From an uncultured Acidobacteriota bacterium (GTDB lineage: Bacteria > Acidobacteriota > Vicinamibacteria > Fen-336), in contig CAVOPG010000007.1 in assembly GCA_963697835.1 (NCBI GenBank), positions 418,672 through 482,671 of the forward strand: DNA of 64,000 nt. Reading direction: 5' to 3'. Of the stretch, positions 32,955 to 44,800 are shown piece after piece. The notes beneath the pieces were generated by a model that was not told where the DNA came from, searched no databases, and worked only from the letters and a program-made list of their open reading frames with translations. Within the stretch, counting starts at the first letter, position 1. Every line of letters begins with the position of its first letter. The position numbers and the translations under genes were made by a program.

Positions 32955-33260
32955 ATGATCGCGAAAGCGAAGGTCCCGACCCGGCCCGCCCCCGCGCGTG
33001 CGAGCAAGGGCGTAACTCTCGTGGCCACGGTCCGCGGCGCGCGCGAGGTGGCGGCCACGGGCGACTTCACGCGCTGGTCGGCCGAGGGCGTCCGCCTCAA
33101 GAGCCGGCCCGACGGTACGTGGGCGGCGACGCTGCAGCTCGCGCCCGGCGAGTACCAGTACCGTCTGCGGGTGGACGGCCGCTGGGAGAACAACCCGGCC
33201 GCGGAGCGCCGCGCCGCGAACGCGTTCGGCTCGGAGAACGACATCCTGGTCGTGCCGTAG
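32955..33260 (+). CDS. Small E-set / CBM48-like (AMPK-beta glycogen-binding / isoamylase-N-domain-like) protein, 101 aa.
   Basis: MIAKAKVPTRPAPARASKGVTLVATVRGAREVAATGDFTRWSAEGVRLKSRPDGTWAATLQLAPGEYQYRLRVDGRWENNPAAERRAANAFGSENDILVVP. The V.F......A..V.VAGDF.W......L....DG.W...L.L.PG.Y.Y...VDG.W..NP pattern fits the CBM48 domain. A strong SD gaagggagg sits 6 nt upstream of the ATG. Confidence 0.6.
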   Translation: MIAKAKVPTRPAPARASKGVTLVATVRGAREVAATGDFTRWSAEGVRLKSRPDGTWAATLQLAPGEYQYRLRVDGRWENNPAAERRAANAFGSENDILVVP

Positions 33261-33266
33261 CCGGGC

Positions 33267-33962
33267 CTAGCCGATCGCCCGCGCGATGCCGAAGGCCGCG
33301 GCCGCGGCGAGCCCTCCGATGAGCGCGGTCTGGAGGGCGCTGCGCACCGGGCGCGCTCCGGTGTAGTGGCCCTTGACGTAGCCGAAGAGCGTCAGGGCGA
33401 CGAGGGTGACGACCACCGAGAGGAAGAGGGCCGCCCGGGCGGTCGACAGGACCAGGTAGGGCGCCAGGGGGATGAAGCCCCCGGCGATGTAGGCCCCGGC
33501 GATCGTGAGCGCGCTCGTGAGGGCCCGCCGGGGATCCGGCTTCTCGAGGCCGAGCTCGAAGCGCATCATGAAGTCGATCCAGGCCTCGGGACGCTTCCGC
33601 AGCGCCGCCACCACGGGGCTGCTCTCCTCCGCGGTCAGCCCGTACGTCCGGAGGACCTCGGTCACCTCGTCGGCTTCGATCGCGGGCTTCTCCCGTACCT
33701 CCGTCGCCTCGCGCACGCGCTCGCTCGCGTAGTGCTCGGCGTCGCTGCGGGCCGCGAGGTAGCCACCGAGGCCCATGGCGATGGAGCCGGCGGCGATCTC
33801 GGCGAGCCCCGCGGTGACGATGATGCCGGTGGAGCTCACCGCACCCGAGAGCCCGGCCGCCAGCGCGAACGGAACGGTCAGGCCGTCCGACATCCCGATG
33901 ACGACGTCGCGCACCCGCTCACCCGCGGTGAAGTGCCGCTCGACGTGGGGTGTCTGTGGCAT
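33267..33962 (-). CDS. VIT1/CCC1-family iron/manganese transporter (VIT family), 231 aa, intact.
   Basis: MPQTPHVERHFTAGERVRDVVIGMSDGLTVPFALAAGLSGA... and ...LTSALTIAGAYIAGGFIPLAPYLV... show the typical VIT-family N-terminal H/E-rich region, the DGLxxPFAL motif and the C-terminal TM bundle. Confidence 0.8.
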   Translation of the reverse strand: MPQTPHVERHFTAGERVRDVVIGMSDGLTVPFALAAGLSGAVSSTGIIVTAGLAEIAAGSIAMGLGGYLAARSDAEHYASERVREATEVREKPAIEADEVTEVLRTYGLTAEESSPVVAALRKRPEAWIDFMMRFELGLEKPDPRRALTSALTIAGAYIAGGFIPLAPYLVLSTARAALFLSVVVTLVALTLFGYVKGHYTGARPVRSALQTALIGGLAAAAAFGIARAIG

Positions 33963-34050
33963 CTCTCTCCTCCATCGCCCCGACCGGGGCGGGGACTATA
34001 CCGCTCGTCGGCATGTGCGCAAAGGCCTTCTTCCGCGCGTAGACTGAGGC

Positions 34051-34544
34051 CCGTGCTCGACCCGGGCTTCGTCGCCGACTGCCCCTATCTGCCCGAGGCC
34101 ATGCTGTTCGACGAGATCGTAGAGCTCGACCGGGAGGCCGGCCGCGTCGTGGCGCGCATGCCGACCCACGACCGGTTGCCGCTGACCGACCTTCAGCGCG
34201 TTCACCCCGTGCGGCACCCTCGGCACGTCTCGGGTGCGCTCATGGTCCACGTCACCGCCATGCTGGGGTTCGCGCACGCGTACTTCGTGCTAGGTCTGCG
34301 TCACGCCGACGGCTGGATCGGGTACGGGACGCACGTCCACGCCGCCCGCTACGGGGCCCTCGCCACGGTCGGGCCGCCGCTCCTCCTGGAGTGCCGCGCG
34401 ACGCGGGTGCGACGGATCCGCGGCAGCGTGTACGTCCGGTATGCGTTCCGTTTCGAGCAGGAAGGCGCGCTCGTCTACGAGAGCGACCAGGGCGCCGTGT
34501 GGCGCCGCGAAGTTGCGTCCGCCGCGGTGGCGAACCTGCCGTAG
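34051..34544 (+). CDS. Hotdog-fold protein, FabA/FabZ-like dehydratase (possible 3-hydroxyacyl-ACP dehydratase-like protein), about 164 aa.
   Basis: VLDPGFVADCPYLPEAMLFDEIVELDREAGRVVARMPTHDRLPLTDLQRVHPVRHPRHVSGALMVHVTAMLGFAHAYFVLGL... The H-x(n)-PG/SG-x-hydrophobic pattern and the length fit a hotdog dehydratase. The start could be GTG at 34051 or ATG at 34102. Confidence 0.4.
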
Positions 34545-34598
34545 ACCCGGGGCCCCCTCCGGTCAGCGGGGAGGTCTCGCGAACGCGAGCGGCAGGAG

Positions 34599-37202
<2,604 letters not shown>

Positions 37203-37213
37203 GGCTCCGCTCC

Positions 37214-37240
37214 AAGATAGGACATTAGCCTCATTGTCAA
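37214..37240 (-). promoter_or_regulatory. Weak candidate promoter for clpB: TTGACA (37240-37235), 15-nt spacer, TATCTT (37219-37214). An SD ggag lies just before the ATG.
   Basis: The minus strand reads cTTGACAatgaggctaatgtccTATCTTggagcggagccATG. The -10 is poor and the leader very short, so confidence is low. Confidence 0.15.
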
Positions 37241-37412
37241 GTAACTTGAGCACAAGGTAATCTTGGGATTGGTAACCCCAGGGGGTTGGGGGGATGGAGC
37301 CCCCCCATCTAAGAAAGCAGGGGAACCTGCAGCCACGTCCCTGGGGCCTTCGGGGTCCCCGAGAGCCCTCCCGGGAGGCTCAGCCCCCGCCTCCCGGTCT
37401 CGCGGAACCGGC

Positions 37413-38670
37413 TCAGCGGAAGAACACCAGCGTCACCAGCACGAAGACCGGGACGAGCACGGCGCCGCTGTAGAGCATGTAGCCGCCGAAGCTCGGCATC
37501 TTCACCCCCCGCTCCTCGGCGATCGAGCGGACCATGAAGTTCGGCCCGTTGCCGATGTAGCGTGTTCGCGCCCATGAACACCGCGCCGAGGCTGATCGCC
37601 GCCAGGATCGCGCTGCGGCACGCCCACCACGTCGGCGGGGAGCCCGAGGCCCTGGGCGAGGGCCAGGAAGGTCAGGTAGGTGGGCGCGTTGTCGAGGAAG
37701 GACGACTGAGCGCCCCGGTCGCCCAGAAGAACTGCCACGGCTCGCGGACGCCGAGCTCGGCGCCCCGCGCGCGCAGGAGGTCGAGCGCCGGGCAGCATCG
37801 TCACGAAGATGCCGGCGAAGAGCGCCGCCACCTCGAGGATCGGGTGGAAGGTGAAGCGGTTGGCCTTCCGGAGCGCGGGGTCGGTGCGCGCGTAGGACAG
37901 CAGCGGCCAGCGCGACGATCACCACCTCGCGCCAGGGCGCCTCCAGGAAGGCCACCGCGGCGAGGACGCCGGCCAGCAGGACGAGGTTCTCCTTTCCGGC
38001 GATCCGCAGCGCGCCGCACCTCGTAGAAGTCGCGCTGCAGGTCCGCCTGCGCCTCGCGGGCGTGGGCCCGGCGGTCCCAGAGGACGTAGACGGCCAGGAC
38101 CAGGCCCATCGTGAAGAGCCACGGCACGAACAGCCGGAGCGTCCAGGTGAACGGCACGCCCAGCAGGTAGCCGAGGAAGAGCGGCGGGTCGCCGAGCGGC
38201 GTCAGGCAGCCGCCGATGTTCGAGACGAGGAAGATGAAGAAGACGACGGTGTGCGCGACGTGCTTCCGCTCGCGGTTCGTCTGCAGCAGGGGCCGGATGA
38301 GGAGCATCGAGGCGCCCGTCGTCCCGACGAATGACGCGAGAAGCGCCCCGGCGCCCAGGAAGGCGGCGTTCGTCCGGGGCGTCGCCTCGAGGTCGCCCTC
38401 GAGCAGGATGCCGCCCGAGATCACGAAGAGGCCGCCCAGGAGCACGATGAACGACACGTAGTCCCCGGCCGCGTGGACGAGCGCCTGCGGGTGGGCGCGC
38501 AGGTAGAGGACGAGTACGGGCGCGCCCAGCAGGGCGGCGACTCCCGAGCTTGCGCAGGTTGGACTCCCAGAAGCGCGGCGCGGCCAGGGGCAGGATGGCG
38601 ATCGACAGGAGCAGGCCCGACGAAGGGCAGCGCCCAGGCGAGCGACGGGACGAAGGCCTCGCTGTGCATG
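37413..38670 (-). pseudogene. Ion-transporter permease of the ArsB/NhaD (citrate-transporter-like / sodium:proton antiporter) superfamily. It is heavily fragmented, with more than 4 apparent frameshifts.
   Basis: Fragments are: ...[130 protein letters not shown]... (ORF 37801-38457); ...AILPLAAPRFWESNLRKLG... (ORF 37919-38680); the C-terminus ...[48 protein letters not shown] (ORF 37413-37955). Confidence 0.5.
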
Positions 38671-38752
38671 CGAGGCGCAAGTCTATCCCGAGTCGGCGAC
38701 GGCATGAAGGTGAGCCGATTCAGGACCTGGCCCGCGTGGGGCCTCCGGGGAG

Positions 38753-39052
38753 TCAAGCGGCGCGAGCGAGCCACGCGTCGAGAGCGGCCCGCTGCTCGGC
38801 GGATTCCGTCCACCGCAGGCCGCACTCGACGACGCCTTCACCGGCGCGGAGCCAGGCGACGCACGCCGAGGAGGCCACGGTCGGCGCTCCGCGATCGAAG
38901 CAGATGCGCACGGCGACCTCGTCCTCCCGGCCGAAGGTCGGCGACTCCGCGAGACGCACGCAGAGCCCCTCCGCGGTGACCGCGTCCGCCTCCCCGCGGG
39001 CGATCTCTCCCTTGCCGTCCTCGATCCACACCATCATGGTCTGCTCCGGCAT
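38753..39052 (-). CDS. Small hypothetical protein (about 100 aa), possibly PilZ-like.
   Basis: MPEQTMMVWIEDGKGEIARGEADAVTAEGLCVRLAESPTFGREDEVAVRICFDRGAPTVASSACVAWLRAGEGVVECGLRWTESAEQRAALDAWLARAA. This is a weak resemblance only; the call rests on the ORF, its start context and its position divergent from sthA. Confidence 0.3.
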   Translation of the reverse strand: MPEQTMMVWIEDGKGEIARGEADAVTAEGLCVRLAESPTFGREDEVAVRICFDRGAPTVASSACVAWLRAGEGVVECGLRWTESAEQRAALDAWLARAA

Positions 39053-39319
39053 GGGGCACCCCCTCCCGGATGGCACGCTCACCCTTCCGGGGGCGAGCCC
39101 CCTTCCGGATGGCCCGCCGCCTGCTGCAACATCCTGCAGGCTCCGTGCCGCATCGGTCTGACTGCTCACAAACCCAGAAGCCCTGGACAGATAGGAGCAC
39201 CGATGCGCGTCGCCCCCTCCACACGGAAGCAGCCAGGCGTTACCCCTCGTAACGAAACGCCGCGCCTCCAGCGCGCTTTCCCTGTGCCCCGGTAGAATGC
39301 GCCTCCGGCGGGGAGAGAG

Positions 39320-40728
39320 ATGGCGCACTACGACGTCGTGGTCCTGGGCTGCGGCCCGGGAGGAGAGCGGGCGGCCATCCAGGCGGCGCGCGCGGGCAAG
39401 ACCGTCGCCGTGGTCGAGCGCGCCCACGTCGTCGGTGGCAACCGCGTGAACTGGGGCACGATCCCCTCGAAGACGCTGCGCGAGAGCGCGGTCTTCTTCT
39501 ACCAGCTCACCCGCAACCGGCTCCACGGGATCCGCTACGAGGTCGGCCCGGAGCTGACCGTGGCCGACTTCATGTACCGCGAGCGGGCGGTCGTGCAGCG
39601 GGAGCTCGAGCTCATCAACGAGTCGCTCGGGCGCTACGCCGTCGAGGTGATCCAGGGCCACGCGCGCTTCGCCGTCTCCCCACGCGGTCGCGGTCACGCC
39701 CCCGGACGGCGCCGAGATGCGCACTCTCACCGCCGACTTCTTCGTCATCGCCACCGGCTCGCGCCCGAACCGGCCCGACGACGTGCCCTTCGACGGCGAG
39801 ACCGTCTTCGACTCGGAGACGATCCTGCAGCTGCCCCGCATGCCGAAGACGATGACGGTGCTCGGGGCCGGGGTCGTCGGGATCGAGTACGCGAGCATCT
39901 TCGCCGCCCTCGGCATCGCGGTCACCCTGGTCGACACGCGCGACCGGCTGCTGCCGTACCTCGACCGCGAGATCGTGGACGCGCTCGTGGTCGAGCTCAC
40001 CCGGCTGGGAGTGACGATCGTCCACTCGGATCGCTACGCCCGCGTCCAGCGGACGTCGGGGAGCCCGCCCCGCGTCGCCTGCGAGACGCAGGCCGGACGG
40101 CGCCTGGAATCCGACGTGCTGCTCTACTGCGTCGGCCGCGACGGCAACACGAACGACATCGGCCTCGGCACGCTCGGGATCAAGCCCGGGGAAGTACGGA
40201 CTCCTCGAGGTGAACGAGAACTACCAGACGAGCCACCCCCACATCTACGCGGTGGGCGACGTCATCGGCTACCCCGCTCTCGCCAGCACCTCGATGGAGC
40301 AGGGGCGGCAGGCCATCCGCCACGCCCTCGGCATCCCGGGGCCCAAGGGACGGACCGAGGTGCTGCCCTTCGCCGTCTACTCGATCCCCGAGGTCGCCTA
40401 CATCGGCGAGACGGAGGAGTCGCTCGTCCGGAAGGGGACCGACTACGTGGCGGGCCGCGGCAACTACGAGATGAACCCGCGCGGCCAGATCCTCGGCGAG
40501 TCCGGGGGGATGCTGAAGCTCCTCTTCGAGCGGCCCGCGCTGAAGCTGGCCGGCGCGCACGTGGTGGGCAGCGCGGCGAGCGAGATCATCCACGTCGGCC
40601 AGGCGTTCCTGCGCGCGGGTGCCACCGCCAACGACATCGCCGAGACGCTCTACAACTACCCGACGCTTTCCGACATGTACCGCCACGCCGCGCTCAAGGC
40701 GCTCGCCGAGGACCGCCGGCGGGCCTGA
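39320..40728 (+). CDS. sthA: Soluble pyridine nucleotide transhydrogenase (Si-specific NAD(P)+ transhydrogenase), a flavoprotein disulfide reductase fold; 2 apparent frameshifts (near 39690 and 40195).
   Basis: MAHYDVVVLGCGPGGERAAIQAARAGKTVAVVERAHVVGGNRVNWGTIPSKTLRESA..., then ...FFVIATGSRPNRPDDVPFDGETVFDSETILQLPRMPKTMTVLGAGVVGIEYASIFAALG... (ORF 39717-40814), then ...NENYQTSHPHIYAVGDVIGYPALASTSMEQGRQA...NYPTLSDMYRHAALKAL (ORF 40210-40728). All blocks align with E. coli SthA. Confidence 0.85.
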
Positions 40729-40749
40729 GGCCGGAGGGAAAGGCGCCGC

Positions 40750-42459
40750 TCAGCGGGAGGGCCCGGCCTCGTAGCCCGGCCCGCGCAGGGCGCACCCGGG
40801 CCTCGCGGAGGTGATCCGGCCGTCGTCGACCACGAGCTGGCCGTTGACGGCCACGTAGGGGATGCCCTCGCTGTAGCGCAGGGGGTCGGCGTAGGTCGCC
40901 CTCTCCCGCACCGTCTCCGGGTCGAAGGCGACGACGTCCGCCGCCATGCCCGCCCGCAGGAGGCCCCGATCCCGGAGGCGCGTGCGCGCCGCGGGGAGCG
41001 ACGTCATCTTGCGGATCGCCTCCTCGAGCCCGAGGACCTTCTCGTCCCGCACGTAGTGGCCCAGGATGCGCGCCGCCGAGCCGAAGGCGCGGGGGTGGGC
41101 CTTCTGCCGCGAGAGGATCCCGTCCTCCGCCCGGGCCTCGGAGTCGGTGCAGAACGAGACGAGCGGGTGGCGGAGCGCCGCCCGCACGTCGTCCTCGCTC
41201 ATCCCGAAGGTGACCCGCGCCGTGTTGCCGCGGTCGGCCACCACGACGTCCAGGAGCGCGTCGACGGGGTAAGCACCGCGCTCCTTCGCGATCTGCTCGA
41301 TGGTGAGGCCCTCGTACTTCCTGAGCCCGGGGTCGAGCACGCTGGTCACGAGGATGCGCGACGCACCCGCGGGCCAGTCGGCGTTCTCGGGCAGCGCGAG
41401 GAAGTCGGCGCGCGCCCGGGCCCGCGTGGCGGGGTCGGTGAGGCGGCCCACCATGCGGTCGGCCCCGCCCTCGCGCACCCAGACGGGAAGGCTGGCGTCG
41501 AGGTTGTTCGAGCTGGCCGCCCACGGGTACTGGTCGGCGCTCACGTCCAGGCCCTCGGCCCGCGCCGCCTCGATCCGCCGCAGCAGCTCCGGCATCCGGC
41601 CCCAGCTGCGCTTTCCCGACGCCTTGAGGTGGTAGATCTCCGCCGGGATGCGGGCCTCGCGGGCGATCCGGAAGACCTCGTCCATGCTGGCGTCGAGGCC
41701 GACCGACCCGTCGTCGCCCTCGTCCCGCTGGTGCGTGATGTAGGTCCCGCCGTAGCGGGCGGCGACGGTGGCGAGGGCGATCAGCTCCTCGGTCGAGGCG
41801 AAGTGGTCGGGGACGTAGATGAGCGAGCTGGAGAGGCCGAGGGCCCCTTCTTCCATCGCCTGGGCCACCGCGGCCTTCATCGCGTCGAGCTCCGCCGCCG
41901 TCGCCGGCCGGTCGTCGAGACCGACGACGAGGTTGCGGACGCCGCCCGCCCCGACGAACGTCCCCAGGTTCACCGCCGAGCCGCGACGCTCCAGCTCCTG
42001 GAAGTAGCCCGCGAGCGTCGTGAACGTCGGCGTGTAGCCGTAGTGCTCGTAGGCGACCCTGCCCGCCTCGAGCATGCGCGCGTTCATGGGTGCGATCGAG
42101 CTGCCCTCTCCGGTGATCTCGGTCGTGATGCCCTGGGTGATCTTGCTCGCGGCGCGGCCGTCGACCAGCACGCTGTACTCCGACTGGCCCATCATGTCGA
42201 TGAAGCCGGGCGCCACCACCAGCCGGCCCGCGTCGATGCGGCGGCGGGCGGTGGCCCGCGGCAGGAAGCCCACGGCCGCGATGCGGTCGCCGACGACGCA
42301 CACGTCGGCCCGGAACCAGGGCGCTCCCGTTCCGTCGACGACCCGGCCGCCGGCGAACAGGAGGTCGCAGACCGGCCCTTCTTCGGCGATGGCCGTGCCG
42401 GAGGCGATGGCGACGGCGAGCGCGAGTAGCGAGGTAGCGGGGCGTCGAGAGCGGCTCAT
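40750..42459 (-). CDS. N-acyl-D-amino-acid deacylase (D-aminoacylase) family amidohydrolase, secreted, 569 aa, intact.
   Basis: The start [27 protein letters not shown] lies within ORF 40750-42693. [34 protein letters not shown] is the typical D-aminoacylase N-terminal motif, followed by ...[15 protein letters not shown]..., ...[18 protein letters not shown]... and ...[14 protein letters not shown].... Confidence 0.8.
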   Translation of the reverse strand: MSRSRRPATSLLALAVAIASGTAIAEEGPVCDLLFAGGRVVDGTGAPWFRADVCVVGDRIAAVGFLPRATARRRIDAGRLVVAPGFIDMMGQSEYSVLVDGRAASKITQGITTEITGEGSSIAPMNARMLEAGRVAYEHYGYTPTFTTLAGYFQELERRGSAVNLGTFVGAGGVRNLVVGLDDRPATAAELDAMKAAVAQAMEEGALGLSSSLIYVPDHFASTEELIALATVAARYGGTYITHQRDEGDDGSVGLDASMDEVFRIAREARIPAEIYHLKASGKRSWGRMPELLRRIEAARAEGLDVSADQYPWAASSNNLDASLPVWVREGGADRMVGRLTDPATRARARADFLALPENADWPAGASRILVTSVLDPGLRKYEGLTIEQIAKERGAYPVDALLDVVVADRGNTARVTFGMSEDDVRAALRHPLVSFCTDSEARAEDGILSRQKAHPRAFGSAARILGHYVRDEKVLGLEEAIRKMTSLPAARTRLRDRGLLRAGMAADVVAFDPETVRERATYADPLRYSEGIPYVAVNGQLVVDDGRITSARPGCALRGPGYEAGPSR

Positions 42460-42504
42460 GGCGGCCTCCTGGCTCGAGATCGGAGCGTCGCGCCGGACGG
42501 ACGC

Positions 42505-43694
42505 TACTCCAGCCGGCGCAGCACGAAGCACTTCAGGTAGTACGTCTCGGGCACGCCGAGGACGACCGGGTGGTCGCGGGCCTGACGGCGCTTCTCGACG
42601 ACGGTGACGGTCGGCCCGCGCGTCCACCGCGGCGTCCGCCAGGATCGCCTCGAAGTCCTCCTCGTGGATGTGGTACGAGCACGAGCACGTCACGAGGCAG
42701 CCGCCCGGCTTCAGGATCTTCAGGGCCCGGAGGTTGATCTCCTTGTAGCCCTCGCGCCGCCTTCTCCGCCGCGTCCTTGCTCTTGGCGAAGGCGGGCGGG
42801 TCGAGGATCACGGTGTCGAAGCGCTCGCCCCGCTGGTCGAGGTCGTGCAGGAGATCGAACACGTTGGCGTCGCGCACCGTCACGTTCCCGAGGCCGTTCC
42901 GGGCGGCGTTCGCCTTCACGCGCTCGAGCGACTCGGCCGAGAGGTCCACCGCCGTCACCTCGTCCGCCTGGCGGGCCACCTGGAGCGCGAAGCCGCCGTC
43001 GTAGGCGAAGCAGTCGAGGACGCGGCCCCGGGCGTACTGGCGCGCGGCGAGGTGGTTCTCGCGCTGGTCGAGGAAGAGGCCGGTCTTCTGCCCCTTCCGC
43101 AGGTCCACCCGGAACCGCACGTCCCCCTCGGACACCTCGACCGCGTCCGGCACCTCGCCGTGGAGGACCGAGACCGATCTGCTCCAGCCCCTCGAGCGTC
43201 CGCACTCGCGGGTCGTTTCGCTCCACGATGCCCTTCGGCTTCAGCAGGTCCACGAGCGCGGCCACGATCTCCGCCTTCGCCCGCTCCGTCCCCTGCGACA
43301 GCGTCTGGATCGACAGGTAGTCGCCGTAGCGGTCCACCACGAGCGACGGCAGGCCGTCGCCCTCGCCGTGGACGACGCGGTAAGCCTCCGCTCCCGCGGC
43401 CACCGTCTCGCGCCAGCGAAGCGCCCGCTCGATCCGGTCGCGGAGGAAGCCCTCGGCCAGCGTTTCGCCCCGCTCGATCATGCGGAGCCGGATCTCGGAG
43501 CGGGACGACCAGAAGGCGAAGCCGAGCGGCGTTCCCCGCACGTCGGCGACGCGCACGACGGCACCGGGGCTCGCCCCGCCGTCCTTCACGACGTCGGATC
43601 GGAAGATCCACGGGTGGCCGCGCTCGACACGGTCCTGGCCCTTGCGGCTGACGACGACCGGCCCCTCGACGTTCATCGGCGGCCCAGCATACAC
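42505..43694 (-). CDS. rlmI: 23S rRNA (cytosine1962-C5)-methyltransferase RlmI (PUA domain plus class I SAM methyltransferase), with about 3 apparent frameshifts.
   Basis: N-terminal PUA/EEHEE domain (ORF 42720-43694: ...[15 protein letters not shown]...[27 protein letters not shown]...). MTase core ...[38 protein letters not shown]...[15 protein letters not shown] (ORF 42533-43153). C-terminal block ...[24 protein letters not shown] is in the frame of ORF 40750-42693, upstream of the deacylase start. Confidence 0.75.
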
Positions 43695-43723
43695 TCGGAG
43701 CCGCCGGCGGCCACGCCGACCGT

Positions 43724-44692
43724 TCAGTAGCCCGCGGTCTTGTCCACCACTCCCCGCACGGCCTCGCCCTGGCGGAAGAGCTCGAGGTTGCGGAGGAAGA
43801 CCCGCATCGCTTCGTCGATCCAGCCAGGCACGTGGTCGGCACAGTGCGGGGACAGGAGCACGTTGGGCAGGCGCCAGAGCGGGCTCTCCGCCGGCAGCGG
43901 CTCGGTCTCGAACACGTCGAGCGCGGCACCCCGGATCCGACCGTGCTCGAGGGCCTCGACGAGCGCCGGCTCGTCCACCACGGGCCCTCTCCCCACATTG
44001 ACGAGCACGGCCGTCGTCTTCATCGCGGCAATCGCGTCCCTCCCGACGATGCCGCGCGTCGCGGCGGTGAGCGGCGCCGACACGACGACGTCATCCGCGC
44101 GCGCCATCAAGTCGAGGAGGCGCGACGACGGAAGGGTTTCGGTCACGAGCGAGTCCTTCCGCGAGAGCTCCGGCCGTTGGCGCAGGGCCAGGACCTCCAC
44201 TCCGAGCGGCCGGAGTCTCGCCGCCACCGCCCGGCCGATGTCGCCGTAGCCCACGATCCCGACGGTGCGCCCCTCCAGCCTCTCCATGTCGAACGCCTTC
44301 CACGCGCCCGCGGACTGCTGTGCCACGAGCCGCCGCAGGTCCTTGGCGAAGAAGAGGAGCGACGCGAGGACGAACTCGGCCAGCGCCGGGCTGAACGCGC
44401 CCCGTCCGTTGGTGAGGACGGCCGGGTGCGCGACGACCTCCGGCACGAGCACCCGGTCGAGACCGGCGGAGCGCGCGTGGATCCACCGGAGGCGGGGGGC
44501 TTTCTGCAGGGCCGCGACGATCCGGGTCGGCCCGGACCAGCAGTCGAGGAGCGCGTCCGGCGGGGGCGCCTCGGCGAACGCCTCCTTTTCCCAACCCACC
44601 ACGAACCGGACGCCCTCGGGCGGCGGCTCGAGCAGGTGGAGGCCGCCGTCGTCCGGGCGGGCGAGGACCCAAACGACCAGCGTTGAGCTCAT
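43724..44692 (-). CDS. D-isomer-specific 2-hydroxyacid dehydrogenase family protein (NAD-binding), 322 aa, intact.
   Basis: ...RTVGIVGYGDIGRAVAARLRPLGVEVLAL... Rossmann motif, then ...AVLVNVGRGPVVDEPALVEAL..GRIRGAALDVFETEPLP...LSPHCA catalytic His region. Confidence 0.8.
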   Translation of the reverse strand: MSSTLVVWVLARPDDGGLHLLEPPPEGVRFVVGWEKEAFAEAPPPDALLDCWSGPTRIVAALQKAPRLRWIHARSAGLDRVLVPEVVAHPAVLTNGRGAFSPALAEFVLASLLFFAKDLRRLVAQQSAGAWKAFDMERLEGRTVGIVGYGDIGRAVAARLRPLGVEVLALRQRPELSRKDSLVTETLPSSRLLDLMARADDVVVSAPLTAATRGIVGRDAIAAMKTTAVLVNVGRGPVVDEPALVEALEHGRIRGAALDVFETEPLPAESPLWRLPNVLLSPHCADHVPGWIDEAMRVFLRNLELFRQGEAVRGVVDKTAGY

Positions 44693-44800
44693 GCGGGCGG
44701 GACGTTAGCACGACACGCCGACCCGTGTGTCCCGCCCGGATCGCACGAAACGCCGGGCGGCACGGTGGTGGGCACCGGGGGGCGGGAGCGCTGGTAGGGG

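Noticed and set aside
37203-37300. CIRCE (HrcA) heat-shock operator upstream of clpB
   Set aside because: I looked for TTAGCACTC-N9-GAGTGCTAA on both strands. Only unrelated GTGCTCAAG fragments are present, so there is no inverted repeat of the CIRCE type.
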